Shown: positions 38,827-52,495 of the stretch, in pieces | How positions within the stretch are numbered: position 1 is the first letter of the stretch | How the letters are laid out: each line of letters starts with the position of its first letter | Source of the DNA: Octopus sinensis | Taxonomy: Eukaryota | Assembly (NCBI RefSeq): GCF_006345805.1 | Contig: NC_043011.1 | Span: 27,106,464-27,170,463, forward strand | Direction of reading: 5' to 3' | DNA: 64,000 nt | Position numbers and translations under genes: made by a program | The notes under the pieces: generated by a model | The model's database searches: none | Seen by the model: the letters and a program-made list of their open reading frames with translations, nothing else | Told to the model about the DNA's origin: nothing

Positions 38827-39455
38827 AAATTACATATCATGCTACAAATACTAAGCTTATATTCACTATAGAAAACTCAGAACGAAGGATTAGTCAGTTT
38901 CCTTCGGGATCCATTTCTCTGAGTCCATATCTTGCCGAGGTCATCTTTATTTTTAATCCTTTCAGAGTTGATAAATAAGCACCGTTTCATCGAAGTTTTG
39001 CTGCTACTTTTAAAGGTTTGAGCGAGACAGCTTGCGATATTTATTCTGACATTTCCTGTACGCTCAAGTTAAATTTTCCCGTTGCAACATTCTGGACAAT
39101 CTACTGGTCACAACGAGGCGAGTAAAGACAAACCTAGAAAACAATGCCAGCACCGTACATACATACATACATACATACATACATACATACATACATACAT
39201 ACATACATACATACATACATACCTACATACATACATACACACACATACATACACACATACATACATACATACATATCATATCTGCATATATACAAGAGAG
39301 ATTCTGTCCGTTTGTTTGTCCAACAAAATGAAGCTAAATGCTTCAAGGGAAGCTATTATGCTTTTTCTGTATACATATATACATATATAAAATCGTCGAA
39401 ATTCTGTCTCTTTCTTTCTCCGGCAAAATGAGAGTACTTGGTTCAGAGGAAGCTT

Positions 39456-39780
39456 TTATGCTATTGCCTAATTTGTCTCAGCTAAAATTATGCAATGGTA
39501 CACCACTAATTGTGCACAAACTTATAAGGAACTGCATTGAGGCAAATATTCTCATTGTTTGTGGTAAAGGTCACACCGTCTTCTTCCTCGCATTTAATGT
39601 CCTATTCCAATTTAAGCCATTACGGTTTCCGATCCCACTTTCTGTTGCCATGAGCATTAATAAAACTCCAGGCTAAACACTAAAAGTTTCTGGATTGCAA
39701 CTTGAAGAACATACCTATTTAAATGAAGTGTATTTACTGTATTTATTGCCATTATGTATTCATAGATATAATAATACACA
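39456..39780 (+). pseudogene. Partial duplicate of Helitron helicase C-terminus with internal deletion
   Basis: MLLPNLSQLKLCNGTPLIVHKL...FPIPLSVAMSINKT (ORF 39338-39676); homologous to 40277-40549, then jumps to sequence like 40760-40810. Confidence 0.8.
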
Positions 39781-39879
39781 CAGCTCACTTATTATTGTCA
39801 TATAAGAAACAAATAGAATTTCATGTATGAACTTGATCTTTTTTCTACTTCAATTATTATATGAGATAGAGACTTTCAA

Positions 39880-40919
39880 GAGATCAATCAGCTGAACTAT
39901 TTGTAGTGCAGCTCTTAAAACTCGGTGAAGGGTGAGTTTCAATTGATAAAGAACAGCCACTTATACTCAATGCAATATGTAATTCAACTGATTCCGTCGA
40001 TGATTTGGTGGGTGGATGAAATATTTCCCAATCTTCTTTATAATAACAACAATACAAATTGGATCTGTGAGCGAGCTATCCTGGCTCCAAAAAATACATA
40101 ACATTATGTACATAACATTAATAATATGTTATTAATAAACTTCCAGAAGTATTCACTTATAACTCAATTGACAGGGTTGTTGATGATCAGGACATTAACT
40201 ACCCCATTGAAGTTTTGAACTCACAAGAACCACCAGTACAGCTCCTCGTTGTCTTCAGCTGAAAGAATGGACTGCTATTATGCTATTACATAATTTGTCT
40301 CAACTAAATTATGCTGTGCTACAAGATTAATTGTGCACAAACTTATGAGGAACTGCGTTGGGGGTAAATTTTCTCACTGGTTGTGGTAAATGTAAGACCG
40401 TCTTCAGTCCTCGCATACCAGTTATACCATCTAATGTCCCATTCCAATTTAAGCAGTTATAGTTTCCTATCCCACTTTGTTTTGCCATGAGTGTTAATAA
40501 AACTCAGTGCCAAACACTAAAAGTTGATGGATTGCAACTTGAAGAACCATGCTTTTCACATGGCCAACTTTATGTAGGAGCATCATGTGTGGAAACAAAA
40601 GTAAATCTTTTAGCTTATGCACTCCGAAATAACACTACAAAAAGAAAAAAATTACATTGTTTATAAAGAAATATTCATTCTTATAAACAAATATTCACTC
40701 TTAATACTTCAATAACTTAACTTACCATTACTATCATTACATTCAAGAATAAGTAAATTACCTATTTAAATGAAGAGTATTATATAATTGCCATTACTCT
40801 ATTGATAAATAAAATAACACATACAGGAGGAGTAAACTATATATATAATAATACTTTGAATGTGGCTCCCGAGAAACAGTAAAAGTAATTACCCGATCAA
40901 CGACGGGTATTACTGCTAG
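39880..40919 (+). mobile_element. Decayed Helitron 3' portion: PIF1-type helicase fragment plus 3' terminus
   Basis: Translation includes WICERAILAPKN and FAMSVNKTQCQTLKVDGLQLEEPCFSHGQLYVGAS (PIF1 C-terminal motifs); hairpin tacccg...cgggta at 40890-40909; CTAG|T at 40916-40920. Confidence 0.88.
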
Positions 40920-40941
40920 TATACATACATACATACATACA

Positions 40942-40977
<36 letters not shown>

Positions 40978-40990
40978 TATTATATATATA

Positions 40991-41223
40991 TATTGGTAAA
41001 AACGGTAAGATAACAAAAGAAAGAAAGAGACCTCAATATTATGTAAATAGAGGAAATTTATCTGTAAAATAATATGTGACAATTATTCAATAGCCAAGAT
41101 AAAACTCTGAGTTTCGGATGCCGAAGTGGAAATCCACAACACCATCTCTTCGGTTTTCCACTTCGGCATCCGAAACTCAGAGTTTTATCTTGGCTATTGA
41201 ATAATTGTCACATATTATTTTAC

Positions 41224-41228
<5 letters not shown>
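40991..41228. mobile_element. Second copy of the 21918 palindromic family; perfect arms 41059-41132 and 41155-41228
   Basis: Same leader and arms; centre deleted relative to the 21918 copy; flanked by (TA)n. Confidence 0.88.
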
Positions 41229-41280
<52 letters not shown>

Positions 41281-41345
41281 AAAGTTGGTTTGTGAAAGCA
41301 CGTGGTTGAATATATAGAAAATAGTAAAAAGTGAAAAAAAACAAC

Positions 41346-41486
41346 ATTTGAGTCAATATGTCTGAAGAATATTAAAATTTTTTTCTTACAATGACATAGT
41401 TTAGAAGAAAGAAACCGGTCTTTCTTCTAAACTATGTCATTGTAAGAAAAAAAATTTTAATATTCTTCAGACATATTGACTCAAAT
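41346..41486. repeat. Near-perfect 141-bp palindrome
   Basis: 41346-41412 is the reverse complement of 41419-41486 (one extra A in a homopolymer); spacer aaccgg. Confidence 0.92.
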
Positions 41487-41555
41487 ATATATTTTTTAAC
41501 CTTTAAGCCTTCTGTAGTTTTTTTCACTTTTTACTATGTTCTCTCTCTCTCTCTC

Positions 41556-41625
<70 letters not shown>

Positions 41626-42321
41626 TTACATATTTGTATGTATGTACATACATACATACATACATACATACATACATACATACATACATACTTACACGTC
41701 AAATGATAAGAATGCAAAGAAACAATTCTTTAACACATCTTTAATGATTCGTTACAATTGTTTCTCTACCAACTCTATTTTCAACGCCAGTATTTTATAA
41801 ACTTTCGAGAGATGGCGAACTAATTGCCTTTTGGCATATATCGAAGTACACACATAAAGATTCAAATATTGGCGAGTAAATATTATATTAAAAAACTTTT
41901 TTGAATAGAAAAAATGTGTATAGCTCTTCTAGATATTATCTCTTCGCCCCCACATAATGAATTAAATCATGTTCTTTCGAGAATTTATATAATTCTTATG
42001 ACGTCAACAACATACAATTCTCAATGGTAAATAAACTGTCTAAAATGGACAAAGACATTCGAAGGGTTTCTTCGGTACAATGGAAGAACGTCTGTCATAT
42101 CTACAGGAGACATGTATTGATGTCCTATAAGCAGTCTTCGACACTTTCTATCCAAAAGGAATTTCAGTCCAATATTTTAATGCTATTATTTATAAAACTA
42201 TATGTGTTCTTAGAAATATTCCATTAAAGAATATATATGTAGCACTAGAAAGAATCGATTAAGGAAAATATCTCGTGGCTTTAGAGGCACATTGGCACAC
42301 ATATCTAATATGTGTGTAAGT

Positions 42322-42482
42322 GTATGGGTCAGTAGTGTTAAGTAGCTTGCTTACCAACCACATGGTTCCGGGTTCAGTCCCACTACGTGGCACTTTGGGC
42401 AAGTATCTTCTACTATATCCTCGGGCCGATCAAAGCCTTGTGAGTGGATTTGGTACACGGAAACTGAAAGAAGCCCGTCGTA

Positions 42483-42540
<58 letters not shown>

Positions 42541-42810
42541 TGTATGTATGTATGTATGTATGTATGTATGTGTTTGTGTGTGTGTGTATGTGTGTATGTT
42601 TGTGTGTGTGTGTTTGTCCCTCCAACAGCGCTTGACAACCGATGGTTGTGTTTTTACGTCCCAGTAACTTAACGGTTCGGCAAAATAGATCGATAGAATA
42701 AGTACTAAGCTTCCAAAGAATAAGTCCTGGGGTCGATTTGCTCGACTAAAGGCGGTGCTCCAACATGTCCGCAGTCAAATGACTGAAAAAAGTAAAAGAG
42801 TAAAAGAGTA
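42322..42810 (+). mobile_element. SINE family A with expanded internal (TATG)n
   Basis: Head, long internal microsatellite and tail. Confidence 0.9.
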
Positions 42811-42854
42811 TGTGTATATAAATGCATACATATATATAAATATAATAAATAAAT

Positions 42855-43097
42855 ACGCCCTTTTAAAGCCTAGCCAGGCTCATGGGCCCGGTTTCCCGGT
42901 TTCAGTGGCGTATATGTTCCCCAGCTGGATGGGACGTCAGTCCATCGCGGCGTTAGTCATTTTTGCCAGCTGAGTGGACTGGAGCAACGTGAAATGAAGT
43001 GTTTTGCTCAAGAACACAACGAGTCGCCCGGTCCAGGGAAACCACAATCTTACGATCATGATGCCGACACCCTAACCACTAAGCCACGCGCCTCCAC
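42855..43097 (-). mobile_element. tRNA-derived CORE-like SINE
   Basis: Minus strand gtggaggcgcgtggcttagtggttagg..., CORE-like ttgtgttcttgagcaaaacacttcatttcac, tail shared with 58872-59179. Confidence 0.85.
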
Positions 43098-43140
43098 TGC
43101 ATACATATATACATGCATACAAAAGTTTCATCATAAAAAT

Positions 43141-43275
<135 letters not shown>

Positions 43276-43859
43276 ACTGTATGTATAAACTTCAGATAAT
43301 ATTTGGTCTGATGATGTAAGGTAACAGATACAAAATTTTGTGCTCAGTTTGACTCGAACTACTACTAAACTCCAACTTGAACTACAAATAAAAGTGCAGA
43401 GATGTTAATATATTTACACATTGATATAACTTGAGAAACGAATATTGTAGAAGTTGAAATCATAAGAAGTCAATTAACTTTTCCTCTGATGATGGAATAA
43501 ATTATCACTAAAATGCTGGTTGCGCACTGCTTTCAGGGAATTACACCAACAGCACATCTATTTGTGATAGGGCTGTAAGAGTATGACTACTTGCATATTT
43601 TCTTCCTTCTCATGCGACTTTGGATTCTACCTATGACGAGCTGCCATAACCTATTATCTATTATCAGTAATACGGACTTACTTTATAACTGTTCCGGACG
43701 AATATATCACTATTATTATGAACAATCTTCAACCGATCTTTTATTGATCTCCTGTGGTCTAAACCCTTTTGATATTCATTTGTATGAATATCAATATATA
43801 GACATATAAACGTCTTAATCCTACCCGATGCCAGTTGTTTGCAGTATATACCTTTAATG

Positions 43860-43921
<62 letters not shown>

Positions 43922-43930
43922 ACACACACA

Positions 43931-43961
<31 letters not shown>

Positions 43962-44209
43962 CACAATACACATATATCTATACACATAAATAAGCATACC
44001 AATGTATTGTATGCGTGTGTGTATGTGTGATGTAGACGTGACTGTATGATAAAAAGTTTATTTTCCAACTACTTGGTTTCGGATTCCGTCCCACTGCGTG
44101 GCACCTTGGGCAAGTTTTTTCTACTATAGCTTCGAGCTAATCAAAGCCTTGCGAACTGATAGGGTAGACAGAAAGTGAAAGAAGCCAGTCGTAAATATAA
44201 TTACATATA

Positions 44210-44600
44210 TTGGGTCATTTCATTAATTAAGCGATTTTTTAATACTTCTTTCATTTTTCAAAATTAAGATAAACAAAGTTCCTTTTTAATCTAAAATATA
44301 CTCCCCTTCATTTTTTACAAAGCTCTTCCATCTATCTGGTAGACTTGTAAGGCCCCTCATCCAAAATTCACTTGTCTGTGACGAAAAATACTCCTCCACT
44401 ACTGTTCTGACCTCGTCTACAGAATTCGTATTTCTTCCGTCCAAATGATTTTGAAGACTGAGGAGTAATCAGATGGGGCAATGTCCGGCAGAATATGGTG
44501 GGTGGGGCATCATTTCCTATTCAAACTGCTCCAGCCTTTGGAATGTCATCCTCACTGTATGTGGCTGAGCATTATCCCGATGGAAGAACACTTTTCGTCA
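44210..44600 (-). pseudogene. Mariner transposase C-terminal fragment with right end
   Basis: Minus-strand translation VFFHRDNAQPHT...HPPYS(frameshift)PDIAPSDY...GLTSLPDRWKSFVKNEGEYILD*; matches the mariner HDNARPH and YSPDLAPxD motifs. Confidence 0.88.
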
Positions 44601-45530
44601 TATTTTGGCACAAGGCAAGCAATTTCGTGGGAAGAAGTAAGTCGATTACATAGACCCAAGTGTTCCATTGGTACTTATTTTATCGATCCTGAAAAAAACG
44701 AAAGGCAAAGTCGACCTTGGTAGAATCTGAACTCAGAACGTAAAGACGGACGAAATGTCGCTAAATATTTCGCCCGGCGTGCTACTGATTTCGTGTGTTT
44801 GCAGTTTTTGGCTTCGTATATATTGGATATTCTTTTCTACTCTAGACATAGGGCCCGAAATTTTGGGGAGGGGGGCAGTAGATTAGATCGACCCCAGTAT
44901 GCAACTGGTACTTAATTTATCGACTCCGAAAGGATGAAAAGTAAAGTCGACCTCGGCGGAAGGAATTTGAACTCAGTACGTAACGGCAGACGAAATACCT
45001 ATTTCTTTACTACCCACAAGGAGCTAAACACAGAGGGGACAAACAAGAACAGACAAACGGATTAAGTCGATTACATCGATTCTAGTGCGTAACGGGTACT
45101 TAATTTATCGACCCCGAAAGGATGAAAGGCAAAGTCGATCTCGGCGGAATTTGAACTCAGAACGTAGCGGCAGACGAAATACCTATTTTTTTACTACCCA
45201 CAAGGGGCTAAACACAGAGAGGGCAAACAAGGACAGACAAACGGTTTAAGTCGATTATATCGATCCCAGTGCGTAACTGGTACTTAATTTATCGACCCCG
45301 AAAGGATGACAGGCAAAGTCGACCTAAGCGGAATCTGAACTCAGAACGTAACGGCAGACGAAATGCGGCTACGCATTTCGCTCGGCGTGCTAACGTTTCT
45401 GCCAGCTCGCTGCCTTTATTAAGCGATGAAAGGCAAAGTCGACCTCGCTGAAATTTGAACTCAGAACGTGAAGACACAAGAAATACAGCTTAGCATTTCG
45501 CCTGCCGTGCTAACGTTTCTGCCAGCTCGC
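44600..45530 (-). mobile_element. Head-to-tail multimer of family-B SINE units
   Basis: Repeated units at ~44600-44790, 44815-44995, 45000-45180, 45180-45415 and 45425-45530. Confidence 0.88.
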
Positions 45531-46534
45531 CGTATATATTAAATATTATCGATCGACCAATCCCGGCTCGTATTTCTGTTCAGTGCTCCCCTCCCACTTT
45601 CCTTTTCTCCACCCTCACGCTTCCTTCAAGGAACTACTTTTTAAAGCAGTTGCAAAGGCATGAGCACATACGTATGTATACTTGCATACATATGCATAAG
45701 GATTGAACCCCCAACACACACATTCAAACATGCCCGCAGACGCAAACGCGTGCATACGTGCGCACACACAAACACAGACGCAAACACATACACATACATA
45801 CACACACACACGCGCACACGCAGAAAAACACGTACATAAATCTCACGTATAGAATCACACAGTCGAACGCAGAAACACAACCATATACACATGATATACA
45901 GCAACGCACAAGCGGTCCACTCACATACAACATTAGTAATTCGAATTTTTTTAAGAAGTATTTTCACTCAAATAAACACTTAGTCAGCCATTTAATAGTT
46001 TAACTATTCTTTCGCCCCATAAAATGAATTCTTACTCGTCGCTCTTAGTGATAAATTATCCTCATGAATTATTCTCAAGAACAATCCAAAGAAAATAAGA
46101 GAGTAAAAATAATAAAAATAAATAAATATAGAATTACGTAGAATGCGTCTTTACTTTTTTGAAATTTGTTACAATAGGTTAAGTAGTTGCTTCCGTAACT
46201 AACTGACAGGTTTTTCTAAGGGCTGTGCGGCGGTTGGGTGTTACTTGTGAGAAAGAAAGCTGGATGGTGAGATGGTGAGGTGATGAGGTGATCTCAATAT
46301 TTTGTTTCACGAGTTAGCTTTTTTTTTATATTATTAGTTTGTATTGTGAAGAGTTGTTAAGTAGAAAGCAACTTTCTGAGAATGTCTTAGGAAGATCTCG
46401 TATATGTTTTTATTAAAAAAAAAAAAGCAAAGCAAAGCCAAACAAAACAAAAAAACAAACAAGCACAATTTAGAATTGGAGAGATAGAGAATGAGAGAAT
46501 GAGATTGAGTGTGAGTAGGTATGTATAATGTATA

Positions 46535-46569
<35 letters not shown>

Positions 46570-48411
46570 GAGAGAAAGAAGAGACGCTTAAGAGGCAATT
46601 GGATATTAAAAAGAGGGTGCAAAAAGCAACAAGTTCAACAGAAGGTGGAGATGTGCATTTATCAAGTTTATAAATCACTTATCAACCAACGAAGAGATGC
46701 AATCAACAGCACCGTGAAATAGTGACACGTTTTAAGTTTTGCAACGGTCTTGATATCGCTTAAATGTTTTAGCTAAATTGCTCCACTGGTAATTCAATTA
46801 AACATTAAAAGCCAAACAGTATATGTAGCAGAAATAATAAAATAAAACTAATCAATAAGCCCCAGCATGGCCACAATCTAATGACTGAAACAAGTAAAAA
46901 ATAGAAAAAAAATATAGTAATAGTATTTCATCATTACATGTTTCAAATACCGTGTGAGTTTGTTAAACAAGGGTTTTAAGCTAATCAAGTAGATGAATGC
47001 AGTATGCTAATGAATTATGCGCATGATGTAATTATCGTGTCATTTACCGAAGGACTGTACATGTTTGTTATTAGCAGTTAATTACTAAATAATTATTTCT
47101 AACGCATTTAAATAATTTGCCGTATAAGTCATTTTGCTTTCGAGTGTTTCTGAAATCATTCACACCTAAAATTTTTAATGTAGTGTTTTAAAATAATTAA
47201 ATTTAATTTATCAAAAACAAGCCAATATTTTAAGTCTTTGTAAAGTAATTCCCGTATGTCATTGTTCTCGAACTTTTGAGATTATTGTTTTTTTACCCTC
47301 TTGTTTCCATAAAACAAACTTCAGCAAAACCTCTCATTGTCCTGTGATATCTCTTGTAAAAATGATATAGATAGAGCCGATACGCAGCCGCTCGACTTGC
47401 AAGTAATAGCACCTAGATGATCCTCATCTCGCTTTCTATCATGTTAAAAAGAAAGACACGTTGGATAATGATCATAGTTCTGCAGGATTAGAGCCGATTT
47501 GGAGTTAATTATTACAATAGCTTCATTAAAAAACAATTCAGTGATAAGAACTGTAACGATATCGGCAACATTATCAACAACTGGCAAGAAATAGCAGCCC
47601 AAACTCATCCATATCACACCATACCGTGTTAAAAAAAACGGCAACTCAATGGATAATCTAGACTGGGGGGAAAACAGGATGGTGTTGGCTGTAATATCTT
47701 CGATCATAGATTTGCACAGCTAGCTCTTATTCTTGCAGATAGCAGATAATATATTAAAGCCATTGCAAGCAGCTAAAATGTTGTCAGCAGATGGATAGAT
47801 GTCTGTCGGAAATATTTCTAATTAAGTTTTGACGTGCAATTTTGTCTCTGAATCTATATTACTGCGTAGCTATAAGTTCCTAAGAAAAATTGAAATGGGA
47901 ATTGGAAAAGGATAGTTTACGTCGATAGCCATTACAGATGCGTACATTTCGAGGTGGTACATTCAATGATCGATTCAACAAAAACACTTTATTCAGGCAG
48001 TTAAACGTTATATTTAAAAGTGGCGACATTGCTTCTAAAGGCGATCATTAAGGAATGATGAAGGTTGTGATATAGTGTTGATTGCGATGGTTGTGATTGT
48101 GGAGATGATGAAGGTGGCGCCGATGGTGATGATTAGCTCCATTTTCATTCCGTTCTGCAGTTAAATCTTCCAAGTAACACACATCTCTAACTTACTATAC
48201 TGGCCATCTATCGATCTAGCGACAGAAGGATTGATGTTTGACTCCTTTACCGATATTACTTCAGAGTGGATGAGGAGTAGCTGTATGGGAACGCAACATT
48301 TTTATAAAGTTAAAGAATGGATTAAGTAAATATTGAATAATCAGAAATCAATTTTAAGTTAATATACGCCGAAGACATTGTCATTAATTCTTTGGTAACC
48401 CAACTTAACAG

Positions 48412-48815
48412 TATCTTGATTGCGGCCATGCTGGAGCACCGCCTTTAGTCGAGCAACTCGACCCCGGGACTTATTCTTTGTAAGCCCAGTACTTATTGTA
48501 TCGGTCTCTTTTGCCGAACCGCTAAGTAACGGGGACATAAACACACCAGCATCGGTTGTCAAGCAATGCTAGGGGACAAACACAGACACACAAACGTACA
48601 CGCACATATATATATATATACATATATACGACGGGCTTCTTTCAGTTTCCGTCTACCAGATCCACTCACAAGGCTTTGGTCGGCCCGAGGCTATAGTAGA
48701 AGACACTTGCCCAAGGTGCCACGCAGTGGGACTGAACTCGGAACCATGTGGTTGGTAGGCAAGCTACTTACCACACAGCCATTCCTGCGCCTACCACACA
48801 GCCACTCCTGCGCCT
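48412..48815 (-). mobile_element. SINE family A with a duplicated 23-bp 5' end
   Basis: accacacagcca(t/c)tcctgcgcct occurs twice, at 48770-48792 and 48793-48815. Confidence 0.9.
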
Positions 48816-49119
48816 GTATATGAAGTTTCTATGAGAAATACTTCTGTTTGTTGTTTGGTAGACGTCGTTGACAATGTGAGTGAAAATAGAAAATGAAGAA
48901 GAAAACAACTGTTAGCAAGTAACTAATATCAGAGTTTTGTAATATTCGGTAACTTTATATAAGTAATTCCTGTAATTTCTGCTTTAGTTGCACTTACATT
49001 TCATCTGACAAAACAAATATATGTCACTGTTCAAGAATGACATAAAAGATTAAATGTTGTCAGCTGTACTGTTGTATCACAAAAGAACAAGTAGATAAAA
49101 TACTTGTAGATAAAATACA

Positions 49120-49500
49120 AGGTGACGGGCTGGCAGAAACGTTAGTACGCCGGGCGAAATGCTTTGTGGTATTTCGTCTGCCGCTGCGTTCTGAGTTCAA
49201 ATTCCGCCCAGGTCGACTTTGCCTTTCAGCCTTTCGGGGTCGATAAATTAAGTACCAGTACGCACTGGGGTCGATGTAATCGACTTAATCCGTTTGTTTG
49301 TCCTTGTTTGTCCCCTCTGTGTTTAGCTCCTTGTGGATAGTAAAGAAATAGATATTTCGTCTGCCGCTACATTCTGAGCTCAAATTCCGCCGAGGTCGAC
49401 TTTGCCTTTCATCCTTTCGAGGTCGATAAATTAAATACCAGTTACGCACTGGGGGTCGATGTAATCGACTTAATCTCTTTGTCTGTCCTTGTTTGTCTCC
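49120..49500 (+). mobile_element. Family-B SINE dimer
   Basis: Head at ~49120; internal unit repeated from ~49352. Confidence 0.88.
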
Positions 49501-51326
49501 TCTATGTTGCTGGTGAATTTGCTTCCAGAAATGAGAATAGTAAAAAAACATCGGTAGTTTGATGATAAATTGAGGTGAATAATAAAGTTTTATAATTACG
49601 ATCCTTAAAGGTGGAAAGCTGACAGAATCGTTAGAGTGACAAACGTAATCCCTAACAATATTATGTCTGACTCATTATATTCTTGGTTCTGAGTTAAAAG
49701 CCCACCACGGTGGATAAAATAAGTGCCAACTGAGCACTGGGTAAATGTAATTGATAATCAACTTCCCCTAACATGTACCAAAATTTGAAACCATAATTAC
49801 GACTCTCATAATGGTCATCGTTTATTATTTATCGTATATACGTTTTGGATTTTATTCAATGCTTTCAAAGAATTCCAGTTGCAAAAAAAAAAAGCTCCAT
49901 TTTACGGTAAGAGAGAAATCATATAGTTTTCGTGGTTATGATAACGGTTGATTAATCTTTTAATATAGATTTTTGAGATTAGCACAAGGCCTCAAATTAT
50001 TTTGCAGAAGGTGTGTGGTCTATTATATCAATCCATTACATTTTTGGTTCTTTATTTCATCGACCGAACCACCCCAAAATACCAAAGTTGATCTCTGCCG
50101 GATTTGAACTTAGAACAAAATTCCCTTGTTAAATATCACAAAGCATTTTCTCTAACGCTTTAATGACTTTGCCTCATCACTATTTTATATACCTTTTAAT
50201 ATTGTACATTATTATTTACATTATTTACATTCGAATGATGGGATAAGTCGATTACATCGACCCCAGTGATCCTCTGGTATTTATTTACCACACAGCCTCG
50301 CCGTCGGAGTACGAACCTGTAACTTATTGATCAGTACAATTGCCCGGCCGTCTTCGATTCCTCTCTATCATTATCCGCTTTCGTTCATGAATATTCTACC
50401 AAGATATATATTGTTTGTAAATACGCATCCATTACAATAATTTTCTTATTTCTTCAAATATATTAAAAAAAATATTATAAATGGAATGTAATTATAAGAC
50501 ATTAACCCGATATAAGAAATGAAAATAAAAATATCCTAAAAATTGGAATAAAAGAAGGCTTAATAAAATTTAAACAAAGGAAGACATTTTCAATGAATAG
50601 AATTGATAAATATTTTATTGCGCGATATTGACTTCATGCTTGAAAATTCTGTCTTTGTTTTATAGAAAAACAAAAACAAAAAAAAGCAACAAAATTTTCA
50701 GTGTTGAATTGATCACATTATATTTCTTATTCTCCAATGACATGTTATTCTCAACCCGTATTTTCTCTCTCGCGCGTACAACTATTTTCCACATGAGAAA
50801 TATACTGTTGGAACACATTTTTGCTGAGAACAAATACTCATATCTTCGCCTAAAGACAACTCAATGAAAAATTGAAAACTATTCCATATAATTCTATGTT
50901 ATTTTTACTTTTAGACTCGGCTTCCATATTGTCATTATTTTTATGTGTGTTTATTCAATTCAGTTAATTTAATTCTTAAATGCAATTTTAAAAACAAGAG
51001 GAAAAGGGAAGAAATGAACGAACGATCAACAAGATTACAAATGTAGCATTTATAATTGTTCATTAGTGATGTAAAGAAAAAATAACGATTATGGTTATAT
51101 TTTTAAGCTGCTACTCTGAAATTTTTACGAATTAAATATTCACGAGCTGTCATTTTAGTAACCCAATAGAAAGTGGTTTAATTATTTTTGTCGTTTGCTT
51201 AAATTTTGATGTCTGTCATGGTATAAATAGTATATAGTCCTTTGTAATAACCCCCAAGTGTTTCTGCACAACATAACATTGGAAGTTCTCTTGATGTAGG
51301 AGAGGAAATCACAACAGACGCTCATA

Positions 51327-51362
<36 letters not shown>

Positions 51363-51370
51363 TCTATCTA

Positions 51371-51411
<41 letters not shown>

Positions 51412-51431
51412 GTGTATGTATGTATGTATAT

Positions 51432-51847
51432 AGGCGCAGGAGTGGCTGTGTGGTAAGTAGCTTGTTTACCAACCACATGGTTCCGGGTTCAGTCCCACTG
51501 CGTGGCACCTTGGGCAAGTGTCTTCTACTATAGCATCGGGCCGACCAAAGCCTTATGAGTGGATTTGGTAGACGGAAACTGAAAGAAGCCCGTCGTATAT
51601 ATGTATATGTATATATATATATGTGTGTGTGTTTGTTTGTGTGTCTGTGTTTGTCTCTCCTACATCGCTTGACGACTGATGTTGGTGTGTTTATGTCCCC
51701 GTCACTTAGCGGTTCGGCAAAAAGAGACCGATAGAATAAGTACTGGGCTTACAAAGAATAAGTCCCGGGGTCGAGTTGTTCGATTAAAGGCGGTGCTCCA
51801 GCATGGCCGCAGTCAAATGAATGAAACAAGTAAAAGAGTAAAAGAGT
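51432..51847 (+). mobile_element. SINE family A, full length
   Basis: aggcgcaggagtggctgtgtggtaag...gtaaaagagtaaaagagta. Confidence 0.93.
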
Positions 51848-52099
51848 ATATGTGTGTGTGTGTATTAAGTCTATAAAATTGTGCATAAAGTATATAAATT
51901 ACACATCTAAAATGCATTAATCAATCATCGTATTCCAAGTTCCTTCACTTTTCAATGAATAACAGATGAGCGACTATCTTTTGATACAGAAATGACATAG
52001 GCTATGCTTTCAGGTTTTTTTGGATAAGGTTTTCAGGAATAACCCAATAAGTTTACCATTAATTCTGTGAAATATTCAGGGGTTCCGCTAGTTACTATA

Positions 52100-52312
52100 T
52101 ATTTTTTATTCTTTTATTTTATCAGCCATTTGAGGTTTTAATCGAACAAATCGCCCCCAGCATTTATTCTTTGTAATTCTAGTACTTATTCTATCGGTCT
52201 CTTTTGCCGAACCGCTAGCTTACGAGGACGTAAACACATCAACATCGGTTGTTAAGTGATTGTGGGAGGGGAAGGACAAACACAAATGCAAAGACACAGA
52301 TACATAAATACA

Positions 52313-52347
<35 letters not shown>

Positions 52348-52495
52348 CCGACGGGCTTCTTTCAGTTTTCGTCTACCAAATCTACTCACAAGGCTTTAGT
52401 CGGCTCGAGGCTACAGTAGAAGACACTTGCTCAAGATGCCACGCAGTGGGACTGAGCCCGGATCTATGTGGTTGGGAAACAAACTTCTTACCACA
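52100..52495 (-). mobile_element. SINE family A, diverged
   Basis: Reverse-complement head and tail, with internal (TACA)n. Confidence 0.85.
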
